Source of the DNA: Betaproteobacteria bacterium RIFCSPLOWO2_12_FULL_68_20
GTDB lineage: Bacteria > Pseudomonadota > Gammaproteobacteria > Burkholderiales > SG8-39
Direction of reading: 5' to 3'
Length of the DNA: 64,000 bases
NCBI GenBank assembly: GCA_001770655.1
Contig: MERQ01000001.1
Location: 32,739-96,738, forward strand
How positions within the stretch are numbered: the first letter of the stretch is position 1; every line of letters starts with the position of its first letter. Below the pieces are notes generated by a model, which ran no database searches, was not told where the DNA came from, and was given only the letters and a program-made list of their open reading frames with translations. Of this stretch, positions 34,779 to 42,659 are shown in pieces. Made by a program: the position numbers and the translations under genes.

Positions 34779-34860
34779 CCCGCGCGCGCGGGGATGAACC
34801 GCGATCGAGATCGGCGATCTGCCGGCGTGGGAAGTGTTCCCCGCGCGCGGGGATGAACCT
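34779..34860 (+). CRISPR. CRISPR remnant: 5'-truncated repeat (23 nt), one 32-nt spacer, degenerate terminal repeat (27 nt); type I-E repeat class
   Basis: CCCGCGCGCGCGGGGATGAACCG (34779-34801), spacer CGATCGAGATCGGCGATCTGCCGGCGTGGGAA (34802-33), then GTGTTCCCCGCGCGCGGGGATGAACCT (34834-60). The GTGTTCCCCGCG...CGGGGATGAACCG form is the I-E consensus type. Confidence 0.65.
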
Positions 34861-34861
34861 C

Positions 34862-35017
34862 CGCGAGGAAACCCGCTACCCGGGCTTCTACTACCGGATG
34901 GACAAGAACTACATCGACGACGAGAACTGGAAGTGCTTCGTCAACTCGACCTACGACCGCAACACGCACCAGTGGGCGCTGAAGAAGGTGCCGTACAAGC
35001 AGCTGATCAAGGACTGA
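34862..35017 (+). pseudogene. aprA: 3' fragment (about 52 codons) of a second, divergent aprA
   Basis: REETRYPGFYYRMDKNYIDDENWKCFVNSTYDRNTHQWALKKVPYKQLIKD aligns with the intact AprA tail RKETRWPGYYYRGDYPKLDDNEWHCFTGSEYDPRSREWKMSKLPVHRIV. Confidence 0.75.
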
Positions 35018-35090
35018 CCCCGTCGTCGTCCCCGCGCAAGCGGGGAACCGTTCTCGAGAGCCCCGCCCCGGAAATCGCGCGGGGTGTTTT
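34997..35090 (+). repeat. right copy of the ~93-bp direct repeat
   Basis: Aligns with 33428-33520. It includes hairpin GTCGTCCCCGCGCAAGCGGGGAACCG (35025-35050) and a GC stem plus T-run (35061-35090). Confidence 0.9.
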
Positions 35091-35137
35091 CTGGCTACAA
35101 TCCATCGACGCGTTTGTTGTCTCCTGGACGCAGCGAC

Positions 35138-37336
35138 GTGAGGATCGGGAAACCGGAGAATCTGGCAGGCGAGCTGTGGGGCGGGCTGGCAGCGATGCTG
35201 GTCGCGCTGCCCTCGGCGATCGCCTTCGGGGTGACGATCTTCGCGCCGCTCGGCGGCCAGTACGCGGCGCAGGGCGCGGTGGCGGGAATTCTCGGCGTGG
35301 CCGCGCTCGGCATCGTTGCTGCGTCGCTCGGCGGTACCGCGCGCCTGATCACCGCGCCGTGCGCGCCCGCGGTGGCGGTGCTGGTGGCGCTGGCGATCGA
35401 GCAGACGCAGCGCGGCGTCGCGCCGGAATCGATTCTTCTCACGCTCACTCTGGTCGCGCTGCTGTGCGGCCTGCTCCAGTTCGTGTTCGGGGCGATCGGG
35501 CTCGGGCGGCTGATCAAATACATGCCGTATCCGGTCGTGAGCGGCTACCTCAGCGGCGTCGGCTTGATCATCATCGTGAGCCAGATTCCGAGGCTGCTGG
35601 GCGTTCCGAACGACACGCGCCTTCTCGATGCGCTCACCATGCCCGCGCTCTGGCAGTGGCAGGGTGTCGCCGTCGGCGTGGCGACCATCGCCGTGATGGC
35701 GCTGGCGCCGCGGCTCACCAGGGCGGTCCCCGCGGCGATTCTTGCGCTTTTCGCCGGGGTCCTCGCCTATCTTGCTCTCGGCCTGGGCGATCGCCAGCTC
35801 TACCAGGTGGCCGGGAACCCGCTGCTGGTCGGCCCGCTCGGCGGCCCGGGCGGCGGTTTCCTCGACGCGATCGCCTCGCGCTGGAGCGCGATCGGTGCGC
35901 TGAGCCTCGGCGAGCTGCGCTACGTGGTGATACCGGCCCTGACGCTCGCGGTGCTGCTTTCGATCGACACGCTGAAGACCTGCGTGGTGCTCGACGCGCT
36001 CACGCGCTCGCGTCACGACCCCAACCGCGAGCTGATCGGCCAGGGGCTCGCCAATCTCGCCTCGGGGGCGGTCGGCGGCGTTCCGGGCGCCGGAACGATG
36101 GGTGCGACGCTGGTCAACGTCGCGAGCGGGGCGCGCACGCGGCTGGCGGGCGCGCTCGAGGGAATATTCGCGCTGGTCGCGTTCCTCGCGCTCGGCAGCC
36201 TGATCGCCTGGGTGCCGATCGCCGCGCTCGCCGGAATCCTGATCGTGATCGGGGTGCGCATGTTCGACCGCCACAGCCTGCAGCTGCTGCGCTCGCGCTC
36301 GACGGTGCTCGATTTCTTCGTCATTCTGACGGTGGTGGCGGTCGCGCAGTTCAACTTGGTCGCCGCCTCCGGTGTCGGCATCGCGCTCGCAATCGTGCTG
36401 TTCATCCGCGAGCAGGTCGGCGGCTCGGTGGTGCGCCGCAAGGCCTACGGCAATCAGGTGTTCTCCAAGCGGGTGCGGCTGCCCGAGGAGATGGCGATCC
36501 TGGAAAAGCACGGCGGGCGCTGCGCGATTTTCGAGCTGCAGGGAAGCCTGTTTTTCGGCACCGCGGACCAGCTCTTCACCGCGCTCGAGCCCGAGCTGAA
36601 GACGCGCGAATACGTGATCCTCGACATGCGCCGCGTGCAGTCGGTCGACGTGACCGCGGCGCACATGCTGGAGCAGATCGGCGACATGCTCTCCGAGCGC
36701 AAGGCGCTGCTCATCTTCAGCCAGCTGCCGCGGGAGGTGGCGAGCGGCAGGGACATGCGCGACTACTTCGAGCAGGTGGGGCTGACGCGCGCCGAGCAAA
36801 AGGGCAGGACTTTCGGCGAGCTCGACGAGGCGCTCGAGTGGGTCGAGGACCGCATCCTCGAGCAGGAGCGCCTCGAGCGCGCGCTGGAAAAGCCCCTCGA
36901 GCTGCGCGAGCTGGAGGTCTTCAAGGTGCGCAAGGAGGAGACGCTGGCGGCGCTCGAGGCGTGCATGGACAAGCGCTCCTACAAGGCCGGCGAGAGAATC
37001 TTCGCGCGCGGCGAAAGCGGCGACGAGATGTTCCTGATCCGGCGCGGCCAGGTGCGCATCGTGCTGCCGATCGGCGAGGGGCAGACGCACCACCTTGCGA
37101 GCTTCGGGCGCGGCGACTTTTTCGGCGAGATGTCGTTCCTCGATCGCGACGCGCGCTCGGCCGACGCCGTGGCCTTGACTGACATCGACGTCTACGCCTT
37201 GTCGCGCGGCCGCTTCGACAGGATCGCCGAGGAGCACAAGAAACTGGCGCTCGGGCTGCTCGAGGGAATCGCGCGCGTGCTGGCGATCCGCCTGCGGTTC
37301 ACCGACACCGAGCTGCGCGCACTGGAGCGCGCGTGA
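35138..37336 (+). CDS. SulP-family anion permease with C-terminal STAS and cyclic-nucleotide-binding domains
   Basis: About 11 TM helices (LWGGLAAMLVALPSAIAFG...), a STAS-like segment (CAIFELQGSLFFGTADQL) and a cNMP-binding motif (FGEMSFLDRDARSADAVA). A GTG start at 35138 is preferred because 35084 lies inside the upstream terminator. Confidence 0.8.
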   Translation: MRIGKPENLAGELWGGLAAMLVALPSAIAFGVTIFAPLGGQYAAQGAVAGILGVAALGIVAASLGGTARLITAPCAPAVAVLVALAIEQTQRGVAPESILLTLTLVALLCGLLQFVFGAIGLGRLIKYMPYPVVSGYLSGVGLIIIVSQIPRLLGVPNDTRLLDALTMPALWQWQGVAVGVATIAVMALAPRLTRAVPAAILALFAGVLAYLALGLGDRQLYQVAGNPLLVGPLGGPGGGFLDAIASRWSAIGALSLGELRYVVIPALTLAVLLSIDTLKTCVVLDALTRSRHDPNRELIGQGLANLASGAVGGVPGAGTMGATLVNVASGARTRLAGALEGIFALVAFLALGSLIAWVPIAALAGILIVIGVRMFDRHSLQLLRSRSTVLDFFVILTVVAVAQFNLVAASGVGIALAIVLFIREQVGGSVVRRKAYGNQVFSKRVRLPEEMAILEKHGGRCAIFELQGSLFFGTADQLFTALEPELKTREYVILDMRRVQSVDVTAAHMLEQIGDMLSERKALLIFSQLPREVASGRDMRDYFEQVGLTRAEQKGRTFGELDEALEWVEDRILEQERLERALEKPLELRELEVFKVRKEETLAALEACMDKRSYKAGERIFARGESGDEMFLIRRGQVRIVLPIGEGQTHHLASFGRGDFFGEMSFLDRDARSADAVALTDIDVYALSRGRFDRIAEEHKKLALGLLEGIARVLAIRLRFTDTELRALERA

Positions 37337-37343
37337 GGCGCCC

Positions 37344-37973
37344 CTAATAGGTGAGCAACGGCGTCTGCCCGAGATAGCGGTTCGACTCGAGCTCTTTCAA
37401 CATGAAATGGGCGACGTCCGCGCGCGAGATCCGGCGCGCCGTGACGCCGCTCAGGTCGGTGAGAGCCCTGTAGTTCCCGGTCAGCGGACCGTTGCTGAGA
37501 ATTCCGGGCCGAACGATCGTCCAGTCCGTGTCGCTCGCCCGGACGAGCGACTCCTGCCGGTCCTTGTCCGCGTAGACGGCCTTCAGCAGCAGAGGGAAAA
37601 AGACGCGGTCGAAGAGGAAGCCCCCGTGTCCCCGGCTGTCGCCTGCGCCGATACCCGTAATGCATACCAGGCGCCGCACGCCCGAGCGCTTCATCGCCTC
37701 GAGCAGCCGTCTGGTGCCTTCGGAGAACACGCTCGGCTGCTCCCACGGCGTCTTCACGCCGATCGTGCAGCACACCGCGTTCTGCCCGGCCATCGCCGCG
37801 GCGACCGAGGCCGGATCGAGCACGCTGCCCTGCACGATGCGCAAGCGTTCATGCGCCGCCGCGAGCTTCGACGGATCGCGGGCCAGCGCCGTCACCGCAT
37901 GCCCGGCCGCGAGCGCCTGCTCGACGAGCTGCCGGCCGATGCCCCGGCCTGCGCCTGCGACCAGGATGTTCAT
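37344..37973 (-). CDS. NAD(P)-binding oxidoreductase (atypical SDR / NmrA-like)
   Basis: MNILVAGAGRGIGRQLV Rossmann motif. 209 aa. Confidence 0.75.
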   Translation of the reverse strand: MNILVAGAGRGIGRQLVEQALAAGHAVTALARDPSKLAAAHERLRIVQGSVLDPASVAAAMAGQNAVCCTIGVKTPWEQPSVFSEGTRRLLEAMKRSGVRRLVCITGIGAGDSRGHGGFLFDRVFFPLLLKAVYADKDRQESLVRASDTDWTIVRPGILSNGPLTGNYRALTDLSGVTARRISRADVAHFMLKELESNRYLGQTPLLTY

Positions 37974-38053
37974 GTCTGATACTAGCCCCGGGGCCGGCTT
38001 GGCTCAACAATCCAAAATCCACGATAAAATCCGACCCCACGACGAGGGAATGC

Positions 38054-38281
38054 ATGAACTTCGACAAGGAACTCGACACCCGCGGCCTCAACTGCCCGCT
38101 TCCGATCCTGCGCGCCAAGAAGACGCTGACCGACCTCCAGTCGGGCCAGGTGCTGAAAGTGCTCGCGACCGATCCCGGGTCGGTGAAGGACTTCCAGGCG
38201 TTCTCCAAGCAGACCGGCAACGAGCTGCTCGAGCACGCCGAGGCGAACGGGGAATACACCTTCTTCATGAAGAAGAAGTAA
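38054..38281 (+). CDS. tusA: sulfurtransferase TusA family protein
   Basis: 75 aa. Active-site context LDTRGLNCPLPILRAKK (CPxP). Confidence 0.85.
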   Translation: MNFDKELDTRGLNCPLPILRAKKTLTDLQSGQVLKVLATDPGSVKDFQAFSKQTGNELLEHAEANGEYTFFMKKK

Positions 38282-38283
38282 AG

Positions 38284-38310
38284 CCGGACGCCCCTTTGGG
38301 GCGCCGGTTT
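38284..38310 (+). terminator. intrinsic terminator after tusA
   Basis: CCGGACGCCCC-TTT-GGGGCGCCGG followed by TTT. Confidence 0.55.
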
Positions 38311-38371
38311 ACTTCTGCGCAGTTCTGATCGAGATCAAACGCGGCGCCGGGCCGGGTCCCATACTCGGCCC

Positions 38372-40282
38372 ATGTCCCCGCGCCCGCCCGGCGTTTCGAC
38401 GGCGAAAATCGGCTGGAAGGGCGGCAGCCCCGACATCCGGGGGCTGCTCGGGCGCATGCTGCAGTTGCGCGGCGCCGTCACGCGCGCCGGGAGCGCGTTG
38501 CTGCGCGGCTGGCGGCCGCAGCTGCGCCGGCCGGGGTACTTCGCGAGCGCGGCGAACCTCGCAGCCTATATCGGGCTCAGGCGCCACGATCTGCGCGCGC
38601 TCCAGGGCATTCTCGCGACCCTCGGCCTTTCCTCGCTCGGCCGCAGCGAGGGCCACGTGAGGGCGACGCTCGACGCGGTGATCCACGCGCTCAAGCGCAT
38701 GACCGGGGCACGCGTGGCGCGCCAGGAGATCGCGCGCGTCGCGCTCGCCATGGGCCGCGACCAGGTGCTGCTGCAGCGGCACACCAACCAGCTGTTCGGC
38801 CCGCCGCCGGCGAAGCGCTGGACGCGCTTCATGGTGACGCTGCCAACCGAGGCCGCCTCGGACTACGCCTTCGTGCGCGAGCTCGTCAGGCACGGCATGG
38901 ACTGCGCGCGCATCAACTGCGCGCACGACGGCGACGCGGCGTGGGGCGCGATGATCCGCAACGTCAGGCGCGCCGCGCGCGAAACCGGCCGCGCCTGCCG
39001 CGTGCTGATGGACCTGGGCGGGCCGAAGCTACGCACCGGGCCGGTGAAGGCGGGCGAGGCGCTGCTTCGCGTCAAGGTCGGGCGCGATGCGCGCGGCAAG
39101 CTCGTTTCTCCGGCGCGGATCGTCCTCGACGCCTCGGGCAAGGAGGCGCCGGCTGCGCCCGCGGGCAAGGCCGCGCCGGGCGCGCCGATCCGGCTCGCGG
39201 TCGAGCGCGCCTGGCTGGACCGGGTGAAGGCCGGCGATGCGATCCGCTTCACCGACATGCGGGGGCGCGAGCGGCGCCTCACAATCGACAAGCGCCTGAA
39301 CGCGCACCGCGCGGTCGGGGCGCTGGCAAAGGGCGCGTGGATCGGCGAGACGCTGAACCTCGAGCGCATGCCGAGGCGCGGCGCGCATTGCGCCTGCGCG
39401 GCGCGCTGCGCGATCGCGCCTCCGCCGCTCGCGATCCGCGTCGAGCGGGGCGACACGCTTCTCCTCACGCGCGAGCCGGCGCCGGGCGAGCCCAGGCGCA
39501 CCGACCGCCGCGGCAAGTCGGTCGCGCCGGCGCGCATCTCCTGCAGCGAGCCCGCCGTATTCGGCGCGCTCAAGGTCGGGCACCGCGTCTGGATCGACGA
39601 CGGCAAGGTCGGCGCTGTGGTCGAGGCGCTGGACGAGCACGGCGCGTGGCTGCACGTCACCCACTCGCGCGAGGGCGGCGAGCGCATCGCCGCGGAAAAG
39701 GGCCTCAATTTCCCGGACACCGCCCTGCCGCTGCCGGCGCTGTCGCCCTCCGATCTCGCCGACCTCGATTTCGTGGCGCGGCACGCCGAGCTCGTCGGCT
39801 TCTCGTTCGTGCGCGGCGCCGCCGACATGGACCGGCTGGCCGAGGAGCTGGCGCGGCGCGGCCGCGAGGACGCGGGCATCATCGCCAAGATCGAGACCTA
39901 CGAGGCGGTGAGGAACCTGCCCGAGATCATCGTGCACGGCGCCGGGAGGCACCCGTTCGGCGTGATGATCGCGCGCGGCGACCTGGCGGTGGAGATCGGC
40001 TACGAGCGGCTGGCCGAGATCCAGGAGGAGATCCTGTGGCTGTGCGAGGCGGCGCACGTGCCGGTGGTCTGGGCGACCCAGGTGCTGGAAGGACTGGTGA
40101 AGCGCGGCCGGCCTTCGCGCGCCGAGATCACCGACGCGGCGTTGTCGCAGCGCGCGGAGTGCGTGATGCTGAACAAGGGCCCGTACCTGCTGCAGGCGCT
40201 CGAAGTGCTGGACAACGTGGTCGCGCGCATGCGCGCGCACCAGCGCAAGAAGACCGCGCAGTACCGGGCGCTGCACTGGTAG
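38372..40282 (+). CDS. pyruvate-kinase-family protein, atypical (long N-terminal extension, no C-terminal regulatory domain)
   Basis: PK barrel motifs GMDCARINCAHD, VLMDLGGPKLRTG, IIAKIETYEAV and VMIARGDLAVEIG...RPSRAEITDAA. 636 aa. Confidence 0.65.
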   Translation: MSPRPPGVSTAKIGWKGGSPDIRGLLGRMLQLRGAVTRAGSALLRGWRPQLRRPGYFASAANLAAYIGLRRHDLRALQGILATLGLSSLGRSEGHVRATLDAVIHALKRMTGARVARQEIARVALAMGRDQVLLQRHTNQLFGPPPAKRWTRFMVTLPTEAASDYAFVRELVRHGMDCARINCAHDGDAAWGAMIRNVRRAARETGRACRVLMDLGGPKLRTGPVKAGEALLRVKVGRDARGKLVSPARIVLDASGKEAPAAPAGKAAPGAPIRLAVERAWLDRVKAGDAIRFTDMRGRERRLTIDKRLNAHRAVGALAKGAWIGETLNLERMPRRGAHCACAARCAIAPPPLAIRVERGDTLLLTREPAPGEPRRTDRRGKSVAPARISCSEPAVFGALKVGHRVWIDDGKVGAVVEALDEHGAWLHVTHSREGGERIAAEKGLNFPDTALPLPALSPSDLADLDFVARHAELVGFSFVRGAADMDRLAEELARRGREDAGIIAKIETYEAVRNLPEIIVHGAGRHPFGVMIARGDLAVEIGYERLAEIQEEILWLCEAAHVPVVWATQVLEGLVKRGRPSRAEITDAALSQRAECVMLNKGPYLLQALEVLDNVVARMRAHQRKKTAQYRALHW

Positions 40283-40293
40283 ACGCGGTACTT

Positions 40294-40465
40294 GGTTCTT
40301 TCGCCTTTCATCGATCTCGCGACTTCCGGGCCTTTTCTTTTCCGGAAGTCGCGAGACATCGGGGCGGTCGCATTTCTGCGGACGCCTTCGCTATGCCGAG
40401 GCACCAATGTCTCGTCATTTCCGCAAAAACAAAAGGCGCGGAAATGACGAGATCGTGGAAACCCC
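40294..40465 (+). repeat. 171-bp double-hairpin intergenic repeat, copy B
   Basis: Roughly 9 in 10 positions are identical to the reverse complement of copy A by eye, with the same two 15-bp stems. It lies between convergent stops at 40282 and 40492. Confidence 0.9.
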
Positions 40466-40491
40466 AAAAAACCCAACGACACCGAAAACCG

Positions 40492-42009
40492 TTACTTCTT
40501 CTTCGCCTTCTTCGCCTCCTTGGCGACGCGATCGAGCGCGTCCTCGACCGCCTGGGTGAGCGTCTTCAGCACCTTGAGCCGCGCGTGGTACTTGTTGTTG
40601 GCCTCGACCAGCGTCCAGGGCGCGTTCGCGGTCGAGGTGCGGTCCACCATGTCGCACACCGCGGTCTCGTAGGCGTCCCACTTCTTGCGGTTGCGCCAAT
40701 CCTCCTCGGTGATCTTGAAGCGCTTGAACGAGGTTTTCTCGCGCGCCTTGAAGCGCTTGAACTGCTCGTCCTTGCCGATGGCGAGCCAGAATTTCATCAC
40801 CACCACGCCGTGGCGAAGCAGCGCGCCCTCGAAGTCGTTGATCTCGGTGTAGGCGCGCATCCAGTCGGCTTCCTTGCAGAAGCCCTCGACGCGCTCGACC
40901 AGCACGCGCCCGTACCAGGAACGATCGAAGAACACGAAGCGGCCGCGCCGCGGGATGTGGCGCCAGAAGCGCCACAGATACGGCTGCGCGCGCTCCTCCT
41001 CGGTCGGCGCCGCCACCGGAACGTTGAAGTAGCTGCGCGCATCGAGCGCGCTGGTGACGCGCCGCACCGCGCCGCCCTTGCCGGCGGCGTCGTTGCCCTC
41101 GAAGACGCACGCCACCGAGATGTTCCTGAAATTCGGGTCGCGCGAAGCGAGGTTCAGGCGCCCCTGCCACTTCTGCAGCTGCTTCTGGTATTCGGGCTTG
41201 GTGATCGGCTGGTCGAGCTGGAGCGCGCGCAGCACGTTGGTGCTGTTGGCCGACGAAAGCAGCGGCGGATTCCTGTCCGGAAGCTGCTTGACCGGCTTCT
41301 CGTCCAGGCGCTCGCGCATCGCGGCGAGCAGGTGCTTGCCCGCGGTGAGCGCGCGGTAGCGCGCGTCCGCGCCCGGCACCACGATCCACGGCGCCTCGCC
41401 CGTGGAGGTGCGCCGCAGGAACGGCTCGCACACGCGGATGAACTTCTTGTAGACCTTGAAGTACTCCCACTCGCGCTCGGTCACGCGCCAGCGCGTCGCG
41501 GGGTCCTTTTCCAGCGACTTGAGACGCTTCTTCTGCTGGGACTTGGAGAGGTGGAACCAGTACTTGAGCAGCAGCACGCCCTCGTCGGTGAGCATCTTCT
41601 CCAGCCGCACCACCTCGTGGATCGCGTGCCCGAACTCGCCCTCGCTGATCAGGCCCTGCACGCGCTGGATGATCGGCATGGTGTGCCAGGCGCCGAAGAA
41701 GATGCCGATCTTGCCTTTGGGCGGCAGCGCCCTCCAGAAGCGCCACAGCGCCGGCCGCTCGCGCTCCTCGTCGGAAGGCTCGAAGAACGCATGCGTGTAG
41801 ATGTGCCGGGGGTCCATCCACTCGTTGAGCAGGTTCACCGCCTCTCCCTTGCCGGCGCCCTCGACGCCGGCAATGAGGATCAGCACCGGAAACCGGCCGT
41901 GCTGGTTGAGGTCGAATTGCGCGTTGAGCAGCGCCTCGCGCAGCTTGGGCATCTCGCGCAGATAAGCCGCCTTGTCGACGCGGTGATCGAGATTGGCCGA
42001 TTCGAACAT
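40492..42009 (-). CDS. pap: polyphosphate:AMP phosphotransferase (two-domain PPK2)
   Basis: Two PPK2 modules with P-loops GVEGAGKGE and GNDAAGKGG, and repeated WRFW motifs. The start could be ATG 42009 or ATG 42060. Confidence 0.8.
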   Translation of the reverse strand: MFESANLDHRVDKAAYLREMPKLREALLNAQFDLNQHGRFPVLILIAGVEGAGKGEAVNLLNEWMDPRHIYTHAFFEPSDEERERPALWRFWRALPPKGKIGIFFGAWHTMPIIQRVQGLISEGEFGHAIHEVVRLEKMLTDEGVLLLKYWFHLSKSQQKKRLKSLEKDPATRWRVTEREWEYFKVYKKFIRVCEPFLRRTSTGEAPWIVVPGADARYRALTAGKHLLAAMRERLDEKPVKQLPDRNPPLLSSANSTNVLRALQLDQPITKPEYQKQLQKWQGRLNLASRDPNFRNISVACVFEGNDAAGKGGAVRRVTSALDARSYFNVPVAAPTEEERAQPYLWRFWRHIPRRGRFVFFDRSWYGRVLVERVEGFCKEADWMRAYTEINDFEGALLRHGVVVMKFWLAIGKDEQFKRFKAREKTSFKRFKITEEDWRNRKKWDAYETAVCDMVDRTSTANAPWTLVEANNKYHARLKVLKTLTQAVEDALDRVAKEAKKAKKK

Positions 42010-42152
42010 CGTTTCCCCCCTGGAGCTTCCCCAGGGGCTATTGTCCTCCGATGCGCTCATTCCTGCTCATGACCTGGATCAAACCACGCCCCGCCGCCGG
42101 CCGGGCGGCGCGCGGATGGACACGGCGCGCGGGCTGCGAAATAATCCGCGGC

Positions 42153-42659
42153 ATGATCGCAGCGCGCTGGATTCGTCTCGGCCGCGTCGAGCCGCTCGAG
42201 CTGCGGGCCGCGTACACGGGCCTCGCCGCTGCGCAGTCGAGCGGCGCGGCGCCGATCCTGCTCTGGGGGAGCACCGCGATGCGCTGCGCGTTCGCGCTCG
42301 TCACGCCGAGGAAATTCGCGCCCGGCCGCGCATCGCGCTGGAGCGCGTGGGCGCTCGCGCCCGCGGTCGCCGCCTGCCGCCGGCTCGGCGTTCCGGCCTA
42401 CCTCGAAGGCGGCGAGATCTGGCTGCACGGGCGCAGCGTCGCCCGCAGCCAGGTCGCGGCGATCGGGGAATGCGCCGTCGCGGTCTCGGGCTTTCCCGCC
42501 CGGCTCGCTCCCGATGGCGCGCTGGAAGAGGGGTTGCGCCTGCGCCTCGAGGCGCAGCACGGCTGGCAGTTCGACCATTCCTGGCCGGACAGGGCCGAGG
42601 CGGCGTCGATTGCCCGCGCGCGCGAAGCGCTTTCCGAGCCGGTGCTGAAAGTCGCATGA
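42153..42659 (+). CDS. hypothetical protein, weakly LplA/BPL-fold-like
   Basis: 168 aa. RRLGVPAYLEGGEIWLHGRSVARSQVAAIGE loosely resembles the lipoate-ligase segment around the catalytic Lys, but without the Lys. ATGA coupling to the next gene. Confidence 0.35.
   Translation: MIAARWIRLGRVEPLELRAAYTGLAAAQSSGAAPILLWGSTAMRCAFALVTPRKFAPGRASRWSAWALAPAVAACRRLGVPAYLEGGEIWLHGRSVARSQVAAIGECAVAVSGFPARLAPDGALEEGLRLRLEAQHGWQFDHSWPDRAEAASIARAREALSEPVLKVA

Noticed and set aside
34779-34860. Calling this an active CRISPR array
   Set aside because: Only one complete and one truncated repeat with a single spacer are present. There is no leader and no intact cas gene in the window, so it is reported as a remnant only.
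33428-35090. Interpreting the repeat-bracketed patch as a currently mobile element
   Set aside because: No integrase, transposase, recombinase or terminal inverted repeats were found between or next to the direct repeats. Only a past insertion or recombination event can be argued.
33995-37237. 1080-aa minus-strand ORF, the longest in the window
   Set aside because: It is antisense to the SulP gene and to the TA/CRISPR patch. The translation is Arg/Glu/His/Asp/Gln-rich with no recognisable domain, while the plus-strand products have clear family signatures.
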